Part shown: in pieces, positions 1 to 13,797 of the stretch
How positions within the stretch are numbered: position 1 is the stretch's first letter
Layout: the number at the start of each line of letters is the position of its first letter
NCBI GenBank assembly: GCA_963849325.1
Contig: CAWKHF010000008.1
Location: 160,001 to 224,000 of the forward strand
Length of the DNA: 64,000 nucleotides
Source: an uncultured Planctomycetota bacterium
Lineage (GTDB): Bacteria > Planctomycetota > Planctomycetia > Gemmatales > Gemmataceae
Reading direction: 5' to 3'
Made by a program: the position numbers and the translations under genes
The notes under the pieces: model-generated
The model's database searches: none
Seen by the model: the letters and a program-made list of their open reading frames with translations, nothing else
Told to the model about the DNA's origin: nothing

Positions 1-1160
1 GCGCCGGGCTGCTGTGGCGGAGCGTGTTGTGCGCCAGCGTGCTGCGATGGCTGCTGCGGCGGCAACTGGGGCGCCTTCGGCGCCGGCTGCTGCTTCGGCA
101 ACCGCTGGTATGCCACCGCCGAGTATCTGCTGTGGTTCATTCGCGGACAGCCGCTGCCGCCGCTGGTGACCTCCGGTTCGCCCGCCGATAACCCGCCGGG
201 CGCGATCGGTCAACCGGGCACCACCGTCCTGTTCGGCGGCAACACCATCGGCAATCCCCTGCTGTCCGGCGGTCGAGTCTTGCTCGGTTACTGGTTCAGC
301 GACGATCACTGCCTGGGAATCGAAGTCGGCGGCTTCGGTCTGGGCACGGCCTCCAACACCTTCTCGGCCACCTCGGCGGGTTCGCCGTTTTTGGCCCGAC
401 CGATCGTCAACGCTCTGACCGGGGCGCCGGACATCGAGGCGGTGGCCACGCCCAACGGCCTGACCGGCACCGTCTCCGCCGTCGCGCGCACGCAGCTCTG
501 GGGCGCCCAGGCCAACCTGCGCAGCAACCTGTGCTGCGGCTGCAACTGGTTCCTCGACGGCCTGGTCGGCTATAGCTACCTCGGTCTGCACGACTCGCTG
601 GCGATACAGGAGAACCTGGCCGTCGTCAGCTCGCAGAACGCCAACGTGCCGGCCGGAACGACGTTCCAGGTCAACGACAACTTCAGCACCCAGAACACCT
701 TCAACGGCGGACAAATCGGCGCCGTCGCCGAGTACCGCTGGCGCCGCTGGATCTGCGACCTGCGCACGACCATCGCCTTCGGCGTGACCGACCAGTACGT
801 GGCGATCAACGGCTCGACGTTGATCGCCACGCCGGGCGTGGGCGTGCAGTCCTACCCCGGCGGCCTGCTGGCCCAGCCGTCGAACATGGGCACCTACAAT
901 CACTACCAGTTCGGCGTGATTCCCCAGATCGGCCTCAACATCGGCTACCAGTTCACCAACCACATCCGCGGCTTCGTGGGTTACAACTTCCTCTACTGGA
1001 GCAGCGTGGTGCGGCCGGGCAATCAGATCGATACGACCGTCAACCCCAACCAGCTGGCGCCGCCGATACCGGGCGGCCCGGCGCGGCCGGCCTTCAACGG
1101 CTTCAACGGCTCCGACTTCTGGCGCAAGGCATCACCTTCGGACTCGACTTCCGCTGGTAA
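1..1160 (+). CDS. BBP7-family planctomycete outer-membrane beta-barrel protein (5' end outside window; indel near 1125)
   Basis: Frame open from base 1 (Cys/Gly-rich stretch, then WYATAEYLLWF..PLPPLV, FLARP, GYNFLYWSSVVRPGNQID). After an indel the C-terminus reads QGITFGLDFRW*, with a terminal aromatic residue. Confidence 0.8.
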
Positions 1161-1175
1161 CCGTCCGCTCCGAAA

Positions 1176-1273
1176 GCCCCTCTCCCCCGCTTCGGGGGAG
1201 AGGGGTAGGGGGTGAGGGGGCAGACTCCTCCCCCTCACCCCCTACCCCTCTCCCCCGAAGCGGGGGAGAGGGG
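1176..1273. repeat. Composite G/C-rich palindromic repeat (CCCCTCTCCCCC..GGGGGAGAGGGG family)
   Basis: Two inverted copies of cccctcacccc-acccctctcccccgaagcgggggagagggg. The same unit occurs at 29870-29967 and, degenerate, at about 63917-63952. Confidence 0.85.
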
Positions 1274-1299
1274 AGAAAACGAGCGGCGCGATCCTGTCG

Positions 1300-1342
1300 G
1301 CCGCTTGCGGCTTAGCGAGGGCTAAGCCGCAAGCGGCTTTTT
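1300..1342 (+). terminator. REP-like hairpin / probable intrinsic terminator
   Basis: gccgcttgcggcttagc-gagg-gctaagccgcaagcggc followed by a T-run. Confidence 0.6.
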
Positions 1343-1558
1343 CGTTTCCGTCGGCGCGACCGAATCGGCCGGCATCGTCGCTACACTCCCTGTCCCACGC
1401 GGCCTCGCTGTCTTGCATCTTCTCATTGCGACCCGGCCGCGGCGTCGATGAAACCAGCACGAAATTCAGACGCGCAGCTTGACTTGCACTCCTCCCGTTG
1501 CCCGGCGACGTTCCGGCCCTCCGGAATGGCCGGTCGTTTCCACACCTTGCAGGAGGCC

Positions 1559-3154
1559 ATGCGGACCATGTTCGATTCCCTGTTCCGATTCCTGTCTCGC
1601 CGTCGTCCCGCCGCGGCGAAGCCAAAGCGGGGTGTCGCCCCACACTTGGAAGCGCTCGAGGAGCGCTGGATGCCGTCCACCACCGACGTTTTCAACATGC
1701 CGGCCCTGCTGACCGGCAGTTACGGCGCCATGTCGAGCACCCCGACCGCCATCACCCAGACCCAGAACCCGGCGAACATGCCCGGCTACATCAACGATCC
1801 GGCCTTGCCGCCGCCCGTCGCGGTGGGGCCGGCGGTCGCGGCGCAGCAGGTCTCGGCCACCTTCGCCCCCTTCACGACCGGCGGCAGCGAGTCGGCGACG
1901 GTGCAGCAGTTCAATCCGGCGCTGGGCACGTTGACCGCTGTGGACCTCGTCGTCAACGGCACGCTGACCAGTCACGTCCAGGTCGAGAACCTCGACGGTG
2001 CTCCGAGCAACGTCAACGCCCAGGTCAACGGCAATCTGACGGTGCAGGGTCCGGGTTTCAACGCCGTGACCGTCACTCCCAGCATCAACGAGAGCACCAC
2101 GCTGTCGTCCTCCGATGGCACGCTGGACTATGGCGGCACCAGCGGCCACGACTTCGGCGCGCAGTCGGCCACGGCGACGTCGGGCAACGTGTCCGCCTCG
2201 AACCTGTCGGCCTGGATCGGCACCGGCGCGGTGACGCTGACCGAGAGCGCCCAGTCGTCCTCGACCGTGTCCGGCTCGGGCAACCAGCAGACGCACCTCA
2301 GCACGCAAGCGGGCGGCAACGTGCAGGTGGTCTACGAGTTCACCTCGAACCCGACGCCGACACCGACCCCGACCGTCACGCCGACGCCGACACCGTGCGA
2401 GACGCCGACGCCGACGCCTACTCCCACTCCCACTCCCACGCCGACGCCGACGCCGACCGTCACGCCGACGCCGACGCCCTGTGAGACGCCGACGCCCACT
2501 CCGACGCCGACGCCGACCGTTACTCCAACCCCGACACCAACCCCAACGCCGACGCCGACGCCGTGCGACTGCACCCCGCCGTCCGGCCCCGCCTCCCTGA
2601 GCGGCCTGGTGTACTTCGATGCCGGCGAGGTCGGTCATTACGTCCAGGGCGATCAGCTCCTCAGCGGCGTGACCGTGAACCTCAACGGCCTCACCATCAC
2701 GGGCCAGCAGGTGAGCTTGACGACGACGACGGCGAACGGCCTGTACTCCTTCACCAACTTGCAGCCGGGCATCTACATGCTGACGGACGTGACGCCGTTG
2801 GCGGACGATCCGGGCGCGTTGACGCTCGGTAGTCTCGGCGGCACGGTGACGGGCAGCCAGATGATCGTGGCGGTGCCGCAGGGCGGCAACGGCATGGGTT
2901 ACGACTTCGGCGTGGATCCGATGTGTCAGACGCCCACGCCGACGCCCACGCCGACGCCGACGCCGACGCCGACACCTACCCCGACGCCGACGCCGACCGT
3001 CACGCCCACTCCGACCCCGACGCCGACGCCGACCCCGACGCCGACACCTACCCCGACGCCGACGCCGACACCGACGCCGACGCCGTTCGATCCGTTCATC
3101 CCGACGCCGAGCAAGCGGTTCCTCATTGGGAACGGCTGGCAGTCGCTGGGATGA
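1559..3154 (+). CDS. Secreted/surface protein: planctomycete export motif, choice-of-anchor E-like domain, Pro-Thr linkers, SdrD-B-like domain
   Basis: N-terminal [14 protein letters not shown] motif after [23 protein letters not shown] domain; two (PT)n tracts; [24 protein letters not shown]-terminal PSKRFLIG. Confidence 0.75.
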   Translation: MRTMFDSLFRFLSRRRPAAAKPKRGVAPHLEALEERWMPSTTDVFNMPALLTGSYGAMSSTPTAITQTQNPANMPGYINDPALPPPVAVGPAVAAQQVSATFAPFTTGGSESATVQQFNPALGTLTAVDLVVNGTLTSHVQVENLDGAPSNVNAQVNGNLTVQGPGFNAVTVTPSINESTTLSSSDGTLDYGGTSGHDFGAQSATATSGNVSASNLSAWIGTGAVTLTESAQSSSTVSGSGNQQTHLSTQAGGNVQVVYEFTSNPTPTPTPTVTPTPTPCETPTPTPTPTPTPTPTPTPTVTPTPTPCETPTPTPTPTPTVTPTPTPTPTPTPTPCDCTPPSGPASLSGLVYFDAGEVGHYVQGDQLLSGVTVNLNGLTITGQQVSLTTTTANGLYSFTNLQPGIYMLTDVTPLADDPGALTLGSLGGTVTGSQMIVAVPQGGNGMGYDFGVDPMCQTPTPTPTPTPTPTPTPTPTPTPTVTPTPTPTPTPTPTPTPTPTPTPTPTPTPFDPFIPTPSKRFLIGNGWQSLG

Positions 3155-3187
3155 TCGCTCGGTAGCTGTCCGCGGCAACTGTCTCCC

Positions 3188-3247
3188 GACAAGCCGCGAG
3201 CGTCCGCGAGCGGGGCCAACACCGCTCGCGGACGCTCGCGGCTTGTG
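3188..3247. repeat. REP-like palindrome, family C (agccgcgagcgtc..gacgctcgcggct)
   Basis: Perfect long stem. Relatives at about 18825-18858, 23768-23813, 26644-26698 and 43267-43317. Confidence 0.75.
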
Positions 3248-3448
3248 TCTTCCTCGGAGTCGAACGGATCGGACGGCCAGTCGACGTGTAGGGGCTATTC
3301 GGTTCGCCGCCTCGTTCGCCGTCGCATTTCGGCCGCGCCGGCTGGGGAGGACGGCGACGGAGGGCCGAAGAGAAGACGTGACGACGGATCGACCCGTGCC
3401 AGGAAGCACCCCGACGTTGAGGAGCCTCAAGGAAGAGAGGGTGAGACC

Positions 3449-4777
3449 GTGACCACGAGAAGCCCCGGGTGGGTCGCAACCCTGGTCCTCCTGCTGTCCA
3501 GCGGCGGCGTCCGCGCCGGCGAGGATCCCTGGCAGGCGATCGCCGCCATCCCCCCGCCGCCCGGCAGCGCCGAGTCCGCTCCGGCCGTGACGCTGGAAGC
3601 GCCGCGCTCGCTGTCCGGCGGGACGACCACGGCCGTCTCGGGCGAGTTCCTCGGCCACGGCCTGGCGCCGGTATCGTACAATGAGCCGTCGGACTCGGTC
3701 CCACCGCCGCCGCCCGATCCGCCCTCCGGCACGCACACGGTCCTGCAAGCGCCGGATTCGGTGCCGCCGCCAACCTCCGGCCCCATGCCGCCGCCGCCGC
3801 CGCCCGGCGACATCGGCGTCAATCAGGGCGTGGTCATCGACAAGCCGTTGCAGCATTCGTTCTGGGACAAGTGCAAGCAATACTTCACGCCCGTCGGCGA
3901 TCGCGCCAGCGCCTCGGGCCGCTGCCTGTTCCAGAGCGACCATTGCTTCGACTACTTCGCCTCGCCCGTCACCAATCCGTTCCTGTTCGAGGATCCGCGG
4001 TCGCTGACGGAAATCAAGCCGCTGTTCCTCTACCAGGGCGCGCCGAGAAGTAATCCGATCTTCCGCGGCGGCAACGCCGAGTTTTACGGCCTGCAAGCGC
4101 GTCTGGCCTTCACGGAACGATGGTCGATGACCATCAACGAACTGGGCTTCGTCACGCTCAATCCGTTCGACCCCGCCGCCGACCCGAGTGGTCGATTCAG
4201 CCAGAGCACCGGCTTTGCCCAGATCGAGATTGGGCCGAAGTATACCTTCCTGCGCTCGGAGGCGTGGAAGACGGTGATGGCGGGCGGCCTGATCTTCCAG
4301 ATCCCGGCCGGCTCGCCGAAGGTGTTCCAGGACACCGGCACGCTCGGCCTGGTGCCGTACCTGTCGGCGGCGAAGAACTTCTGTCTGCCGGCCGGCTGGG
4401 GCAGCTTGAACCTGATGGGCAACACCGGCTACTCGTTCTCCGTGGACAATCAGCGCTCCGAATACTATTACTTGAACGCCCACCTCGATTACAACATCGC
4501 CAACACCAATCGGTTCTTCCCGTTCCTGGAGTTGAACTGGTTCCACTATACGAAGGGCGGCCTGGCCAACGACCCCGGTTTCGGCTTCGAGGGGTTGGAC
4601 CTGGTCAACTTCGGCTCGCACACGGTCGGCGCCCGCGATTTCTTGGGGATCTCTCCCGGCCTCCGCTTCAAGCTCAACGAGCACATCCAGGCCGGCGCCG
4701 CCGTGACCTGGCCGCTGCTCAATCAGAAAGAGATCAACGATTATCGTCTGACGTTCGACATCATTTTCCGGTATTGA
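3449..4777 (+). CDS. Secreted planctomycete protein, probable outer-membrane barrel
   Basis: GTG start with signal peptide (WVATLVLLLSSGGVRA), Pro-rich linker, SDHCFDYFASPVTNPFLFEDPRS motif, C-terminal YRLTFDIIFRY. Confidence 0.65.
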   Translation: MTTRSPGWVATLVLLLSSGGVRAGEDPWQAIAAIPPPPGSAESAPAVTLEAPRSLSGGTTTAVSGEFLGHGLAPVSYNEPSDSVPPPPPDPPSGTHTVLQAPDSVPPPTSGPMPPPPPPGDIGVNQGVVIDKPLQHSFWDKCKQYFTPVGDRASASGRCLFQSDHCFDYFASPVTNPFLFEDPRSLTEIKPLFLYQGAPRSNPIFRGGNAEFYGLQARLAFTERWSMTINELGFVTLNPFDPAADPSGRFSQSTGFAQIEIGPKYTFLRSEAWKTVMAGGLIFQIPAGSPKVFQDTGTLGLVPYLSAAKNFCLPAGWGSLNLMGNTGYSFSVDNQRSEYYYLNAHLDYNIANTNRFFPFLELNWFHYTKGGLANDPGFGFEGLDLVNFGSHTVGARDFLGISPGLRFKLNEHIQAGAAVTWPLLNQKEINDYRLTFDIIFRY

Positions 4778-4838
4778 TAGAAAGGGAGGGCCGGCGCACT
4801 CGAAGAAGCTAATCACTCTGGGATCGGGACGGCCAACC

Positions 4839-5048
4839 ATGTTAACGATTCGCCTTGCCAAAGCGGACTGGGCCAAAGCCTGGCGCGCCATGATCGAAGT
4901 CGCGCCCGTGCGTCTCGTCGCCGATGACCCTCTCTACGAAGTCTCGCCGGCCCACCTGGAGTTATTGACCGCGCGCGGCTTCTCTTACGAGGTCGTGCCG
5001 TTGCGGCCGCGACGACCGGAGAAGCGCCGTCATGGCACGCCCGATTAG
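4839..5048 (+). CDS. Small hypothetical protein (69 aa)
   Basis: ORF overlapping the next gene by 17 nt. Confidence 0.55.
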   Translation: MLTIRLAKADWAKAWRAMIEVAPVRLVADDPLYEVSPAHLELLTARGFSYEVVPLRPRRPEKRRHGTPD

Positions 5049-5367
5049 AAGCATCGAAATCTACTTGCCGCTGGATTACAACGACGGCCGGCCCATCCCA
5101 GAGTCGAAGTACGTCTCGCTCCAACAAGAGCTGTTGAACCGTTTCGGCGGCGTGACTTCGGTCCAGCGACAGTTTCCTCTTCACGGCGCCTGGCAATCCG
5201 GCGCGGACATCTATCAGGATCGGGTGGTGGTGTTCAGCGTCATGGACTTTCGCGAAGGAACGCAGCTGGAGTGCCTGCGCTACCTGGTGAGGCTCAAGGG
5301 TCGCCTCAAGAAGAAGTTCGACCAGCTGGAGATCCTGATTACCGTGGCGGAGCTGTTAGCGATTTGA
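5032..5367 (+). CDS. Small hypothetical protein (111 aa, [18 protein letters not shown] pattern)
   Basis: Compact ORF with protein-like composition, coupled to the upstream ORF. Confidence 0.65.
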   Translation: MARPIRSIEIYLPLDYNDGRPIPESKYVSLQQELLNRFGGVTSVQRQFPLHGAWQSGADIYQDRVVVFSVMDFREGTQLECLRYLVRLKGRLKKKFDQLEILITVAELLAI

Positions 5368-6179
5368 ACCGCCGCACGCAATCGGTGATGGCCGTCTCGG
5401 TCGGCAATCGTTCGATGCTGGAGGCGCCGAAGAAGCCGACGACGCCGTGCGTGTTGTACAGGACGTAGGCCGCGTCCTCCGGCTCGGCGATGGGCCCGCC
5501 GTGACAGAGGACAAGGACGTCGGGGTTGATGCTTTTGGCCGCGTCGTGCAGGGTCCTGAACGCGGCGGGCGGCTTGCTCCAGCGTCAGGGCCGTCTTCGC
5601 TCCGATGCTGCCCTTGGTCGTCAATCCCATGTGCGGGATGAGCACGTCGGCCCCGGCCGCGGCCATCGCTCGCGCCTCGTCCTCGGTGAAGACGTAGGGG
5701 CACGTCAGCAGCCCCAGCTCGCGGGCGGCGGCGATCATGTCCACTTCCTTGTCGAAACCCATGCCGGTCTCTTCGAGTCCCTGCCGCATGGTGCCGTCGA
5801 TGAGTCCGACGGTAGGGAAGTTCTGCACGCCGCTGAAGCCGGCCGCCTGCACGTCGCGGAGAAAGCGCTTCATGATGCGGAAGGGATCGGTGCCGCAGAC
5901 GCCGGCCAGCACCGGCGTGTGCTGAACGATGGGCAGCACCTCGCGGGCCATGTCCATGACGATCTGGTTGGCATCGCCGTAGGGCATCATGCCGCTGAGA
6001 CTGCCGCGTCCAGCCATGCGAAAGCGACCGGAGTTGTAGACGATAATCAGATCGATGCCGCCGGCCTCGGCACACTTGGCCGACAGTCCGGTGCCGGCCC
6101 CGCCGCCGATGATCGGCCGGCCCGCCGCCACGCAGGCGCGGAGACGCTGCAAACATTCGTCGCGACTGAAGACGCTCAA
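5339..6179 (-). CDS. Phosphoenolpyruvate hydrolase-like TIM-barrel protein (frameshift near 5550)
   Basis: [40 protein letters not shown], then [25 protein letters not shown] in a second frame. Confidence 0.85.
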
Positions 6180-6216
6180 GGCTTGATATCCGCTTCCGTG
6201 TACTCCGGGACGCACT

Positions 6217-6279
6217 CTTGTCCGAGCCTGAAGCGTAAGCGACGGGCATCTCTTCGCTTACGCTTCAGGCTCGGACAAG
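6217..6279. repeat. REP-like palindrome, family B (tccgagcctgaagcgtaagcga)
   Basis: Long stem with a near-identical copy at 43148-43201. Confidence 0.85.
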
Positions 6280-6362
6280 AGCTCGCTTGTCCTCTCACTA
6301 GATAATATGAACCTCATTATAACCGTATCCCTGCTCCGCAAACAGACGGAGGCGTTGCACCC

Positions 6363-7595
6363 ATGTCCGTGTTGCTGATCGGTACGCTGGATACCAAGGG
6401 CGTCGAGTTCCAGTTCGTCCGCGACCGGCTGCGCCAGGCCGGCGTCACCCCGCTTGTCCTCGATGCCGGCGTCCTGCACCCGCCGGCCTTCCCGCCCGAC
6501 ATCCCGCGCGAGCAGGTGTATGCCGCGGCCGGGACCAACCTCGACGCCATCCGCCGAGGCGGCGACCGCGGTCAGGCCGTCGCGGCGGCGGCGAAAGGAG
6601 CGGCCCGCATCGCGGTCGATCTCCACGCCGGAGGGCAACTCGACGGCGTACTCGGGCTGGGCGGCTCGGCCGGCACCACCATCGCCACCGCCGCCATGCG
6701 CGCCCTGCCCTTGGGTGTGCCCAAGCTTATGGTCAGCACGCTCGCCAGCGGCCAGGTCCGCCCCTACGTCGGCGTCCGCGACATCCTCATGATGCACTCG
6801 GTCGTGGACATCAGCGGCATCAATCGCATCAGCCGCCTCGTGCTCGCCAACGCCGCCGCCGCCCTCGCCGGCATGGTCCAGCAAACCGCCATTCGCGATC
6901 CACAATGGGCAGGCGGAGAGGACAAACCGCTGGTCAGTGCGACCATGTTCGGAGTGACAACGCCGTGCGTCGAGGCGGCGCGGAGCGCGGCCGAGCGGGC
7001 CGGCTTCGAGGTGCTCGTCTTCCACGCCACCGGCAGCGGCGGCCTGACCATGGAATCGCTCCTCGCCGACGGACAGATCGCCGGCGTGCTCGACCTGACG
7101 ACGACGGAACTGGCCGACGAACTGGTGGGGGGCATTCTCACGGCGGGACGCGATCGCTTGACGGCGGCGGGACTGCGCGGCGTGCCGCAGGTTATTTCAC
7201 TCGGCGCCCTGGACATGGTCAACTTCGGGCCGCCCGAGACCGTCCCCGAGAAGTTCCGCGCCCGCCGCTTCCATGCGCACAATCCGAACGTGACCCTCAT
7301 GCGGACCACGCCGGACGAGAACGATGCCTTGGGCAAGGAGATCGCCCACAAGGCCAGCGCCGCGCGCGGGCCGACCGCGGTGCTGGTCCCGCTGCGGGGA
7401 GTATCGGCGCTGGACGCCGAGGGACAGCCGTTCTGGTGGCCGCAAGCCGACGCCGCTCTGTTTCAGAGTCTACGCAACTGGATGAGTCCGCACGTGCGGC
7501 TGGTGGAACTGGACCTGCACCTCAACGACGCCGCCTTCGCCGAGGCGGCCGTGCGCATCCTGCTGGAGATGATGGGGCGCGTTTCCCCCGTTTAG
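6363..7595 (+). CDS. Tm-1-like ATP-binding domain protein (UPF0261)
   Basis: GTLDTKG, GLGGSAGT, LPLGVPKLMVST, TMFGVTTPCV, FHATGSGG, GALDMVNFG. Confidence 0.9.
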   Translation: MSVLLIGTLDTKGVEFQFVRDRLRQAGVTPLVLDAGVLHPPAFPPDIPREQVYAAAGTNLDAIRRGGDRGQAVAAAAKGAARIAVDLHAGGQLDGVLGLGGSAGTTIATAAMRALPLGVPKLMVSTLASGQVRPYVGVRDILMMHSVVDISGINRISRLVLANAAAALAGMVQQTAIRDPQWAGGEDKPLVSATMFGVTTPCVEAARSAAERAGFEVLVFHATGSGGLTMESLLADGQIAGVLDLTTTELADELVGGILTAGRDRLTAAGLRGVPQVISLGALDMVNFGPPETVPEKFRARRFHAHNPNVTLMRTTPDENDALGKEIAHKASAARGPTAVLVPLRGVSALDAEGQPFWWPQADAALFQSLRNWMSPHVRLVELDLHLNDAAFAEAAVRILLEMMGRVSPV

Positions 7596-7646
7596 CCGCG
7601 ACGCGCAGCGGAGCGCAACGCGCTCCGCTGCGCGTCGCGGCTAAAC
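7590..7646. repeat. REP-like palindrome, family A (gtttagccgcgacgcgcagcg)
   Basis: Perfect stem. Copies at 23014-23069, 25217-25273 and 27641-27703. This copy supplies the TAG stop of the upstream gene. Confidence 0.85.
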
Positions 7647-7669
7647 GAGAACGGGTTGCTGGACGCTCC

Positions 7670-8104
7670 TTACTTCTTCTCGGTTCCGAACTGGATGCTC
7701 GCTCCCTTGTCACCGCCGATCTCGAAAGACGGTCCCTTGTCACTGTGGAACTGCAACAGCGGTCCCTTGTCGCCGGAGTTGACTTTCACGGACGAACCGT
7801 TCTCCATCTGCACGCTCAGCTGCGGCGGCGGCGGCGGCGAGGGGAGCATCAGCTTGTCGGTGGCCTTTTTGGCGTCGGGCACTTTGTGGGCCTCTTCCTT
7901 GGCCTTGTTGTCGATGATCTGCTGGATCTTCTGCTCGCCCTTCTGCAAGTCGGTGCCGATTTTGTGGGTGTCGAAATCGATCTGCACGCTATGCTGGCCG
8001 GGGACCGAGGCCGGCTGACTGCGTACCTTGTACCAACCGAGATACCAGCCCAGGCCGGCCACCGTCAGGATTCCCGCCGCGAACAACGCCAACATGTTTC
8101 GCAT
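7670..8104 (-). CDS. Hypothetical membrane-anchored protein
   Basis: ATG after AGGAGAGG; N-terminal hydrophobic segment LALFAAGILTVAGLGWYLGWY. Confidence 0.65.
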   Translation of the reverse strand: MRNMLALFAAGILTVAGLGWYLGWYKVRSQPASVPGQHSVQIDFDTHKIGTDLQKGEQKIQQIIDNKAKEEAHKVPDAKKATDKLMLPSPPPPPQLSVQMENGSSVKVNSGDKGPLLQFHSDKGPSFEIGGDKGASIQFGTEKK

Positions 8105-8436
8105 GATTGGACCTCTCCTCCTTAGAAGGACGAAGGGGGGCCTCTGCACTTCCGCCCCGCGCCTGTACCACAGGCCCAGACGGCAGGTCCAGAGCAACCG
8201 GCCGTCGCCGCGACGCTCCGGCCCGGCGGCGCCGGCGCATCCGGCACAGTCCGTGCAAGCCGCCGCGACGGCGCGGCAAACCGATCTTGACAGGACCCCG
8301 CCCAAAGAGCGTATGCTGCTACAGGCGTCAAAGCCGTCAGCTTGAGCGCCATCCGCTCGGATGGTCGATCCGGTCCAATTTGGGGCGGCAGGAGCCGGAA
8401 GGGTGAGAGGCGCGCCGGACCCGCCGGGCGAGCTAT

Positions 8437-8466
8437 TTGACGTGATCCGTACACCGTGGATAAAAT
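8437..8466 (+). promoter_or_regulatory. Putative sigma70 promoter for the prkA operon
   Basis: TTGACG-N18-TAAAAT. Confidence 0.45.
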
Positions 8467-8769
8467 AACAGATGAGCAAGCCGGACTGGATCGGATCGCG
8501 GACGGTCGCGCCACCCCGCCCCGGGCTCGTGACGAGGACGCCTCCGCATCCTTCCATCCTGGACTCGTGTTCCGAAGCCGGAACAGGCCGCCTTCTCTCC
8601 CGTACATTTTGTGGTCCCGGCATGGTTGCCCTGCACGGGAGTAAGGGTGGCGGTCCCGCGGGTCGGCCGCGATTCTCCCCCGTTGGTCCGGCTCGCCGGC
8701 CCGGAACTCCCCCCATCGATTTGTTCCCGGCGCGCCGCTGAGGGCCGCCGTTTTTGGAGGTATCCAGCG

Positions 8770-12015
<3,246 letters not shown>

Positions 12016-12083
12016 GGGTCCGTGGCCGGTGTGGGGGAGGTGCCGTTATTCGACTGGAAGGATTCAGCACCACCGAGGAGGCC

Positions 12084-12380
12084 ATGATCCATCGGGCTGC
12101 GGCTGCCCTCCGATCCGCTGGTTACGACACAGCCGTCTTGCCAGTGCTGATTCGCGCCGACATGCCGGCCGGCTATCGCGGTATGTCGCTGGCGGACGGG
12201 GCCGCCCTGGGGGTGGAAGCCTTTTCTTCGCAGGACATGCTTCATCACGTTCTGGAGGAGGAGTTGCGTCACCAGGGCCAGAAAGCATCCGGTCGTGCCG
12301 AGGAGTTCGCTCCGGGGACGGGGCGGGCATTGGAGGAAGAGGTAGATGCCGAGCGAAAATTCCCTCTCCCCGGAGAATGA
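12084..12380 (+). CDS. Hypothetical protein or fragment
   Basis: ATG after GAGGAGG; no recognisable motif. Confidence 0.35.
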   Translation: MIHRAAAALRSAGYDTAVLPVLIRADMPAGYRGMSLADGAALGVEAFSSQDMLHHVLEEELRHQGQKASGRAEEFAPGTGRALEEEVDAERKFPLPGE

Positions 12381-12636
12381 CTTGGCGGCACGGTTGGCCT
12401 TACTCCAGTCGGCCAGCGAGGGCCGGCTTGAGGGCTTATCCTGCCCCCGCTGCCGGAAGGCCGCCGTCTCCGTTTGGTTCACGTGCCGCAGCGCGAACGA
12501 TTACTGGACCTGGTTTCTCTGCGCGGATTGCGGTTGGGAAATGTGCGCTCAGGGCGATCGTCCCCAACACTATTCTCGTCAGCGCGAACGCTCGCCGCGC
12601 GTGGCCACCGGGCCTCCGGGCGGAGTGAAAACCTGA
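12346..12636 (+). CDS. Small zinc-ribbon protein
   Basis: CPRC..CADC pairs; ATG after GAGG. Confidence 0.55.
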   Translation: MPSENSLSPENDLAARLALLQSASEGRLEGLSCPRCRKAAVSVWFTCRSANDYWTWFLCADCGWEMCAQGDRPQHYSRQRERSPRVATGPPGGVKT

Positions 12637-12652
12637 TGCGGGGGAATTCATC

Positions 12653-13756
12653 GTGGGACAGAAGATCGAACGCGATCATCAGCGCTTCAAGAAGCTGGTA
12701 CGCGGCAAGGTCAAAAGCAACCTGTCCAAGTACATCAGCCGCGGCGAGATGATCGGCAAGAAGGGCAAGGACCTCGTCAGCATCCCGCTGCCGCAGATCG
12801 AGGTGCCGCAGTTTCGCTACGGCAGCAAGGGCTCCGGCGGCGTCGGCCAGGGCGACGGTCAGATCGGTCAGCCGCTCGGTCCCGGCCAGCAGGAGTCGGA
12901 CTCCGGCGCCGGCGATCAGCCCGGCGGACACATCCTCGAAGTCGAATTGACGCATGGAGGAGATGGCCGCCATCCTCGGCGAAGAGCTGGCCCTGCCGCG
13001 CATCGAGCCGCGCGGCAAGAAGAACATCGTCACCACCCGCGACAAGTACACCGGCATCCGCCAGGCCGGACCCGAATCGCTGCGCCACTTCAAGCGCACC
13101 TTCAAGCGCGCCCTGCGCCGCCAGATCGCCTCGCAAGCCTACGACCCCGGCGACCCGATCGTCGTGCCCGATCCGCGCAGGACAAGCAGTACCGCAGCTG
13201 GAAGGACGTGCAGCAGCCGCAGAGCGTGGCCGTCATCATCTACATGATGGACGTGTCCGGCTCGATGACCGACGAGCAAAAAGAGATCGTCCGCATCGAG
13301 GCGTTCTGGATCGACACCTGGATCAAGGCCCACTACCAGGGCGTCGAGACGGTCTACATCATCCACGACGCCGCCGCCCAGGAGGTGGACGAGCACACCT
13401 TCTACCACACGCGCGAATCGGGCGGCACCAAGATCAGCTCGGCCTACACGCTGGCCGACAAGATCATCGCCGCCCGCTATCCGCCGGACCAGTGGAACGT
13501 CTACGCCTTCCACTTCTCCGACGGCGACAACTGGGGCGACGACATTCCCCACTGCATCGAGATGTTGCAGGAGAAACTGCTGCCGCGCTGAACCTGTTCG
13601 GTTACGGGCAGGTGGAAAGCCCCTACGGCAGCGGCGAGTTTTACGAGTACGTCCACGAGATGCTCGGCGAGACGGCCCAACGTGGTGTGCAGCCGCATCC
13701 CCGACCGCGACGCCATCCTCGGCTCGATCAAGGAGTTTCTCGGCACCGGCCGCTAG
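12653..13756 (+). CDS. DUF444 (YeaH/YhbH) vWA-like protein (frameshifted)
   Basis: IERDHQRFK, GGVGQGDG, MMDVSGSM, RESGGTKISS, FHFSDGDNW; canonical position between prkA and spoVR. Confidence 0.9.
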
Positions 13757-13762
13757 ATCAAA

Positions 13763-13791
13763 GTTCTGAGTTCTGAGTTCTGAGTTCTGAG
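13763..13791. repeat. Heptamer tandem repeat (GTTCTGA)x4
   Basis: Directly visible between yeaH and spoVR. Confidence 0.85.
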
Positions 13792-13797
13792 TGAAGA

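Noticed and set aside
2350-3085. ccgacg hexamer arrays as a DNA-level element
   Set aside because: They encode Pro-Thr linkers with synonymous variation.
1466-4891. 1141-aa minus-strand ORF and other long antisense ORFs (e.g. 55308-57806, 14356-15849)
   Set aside because: Shadow frames of high-GC genes with Arg/Gly-rich, motif-free translations.
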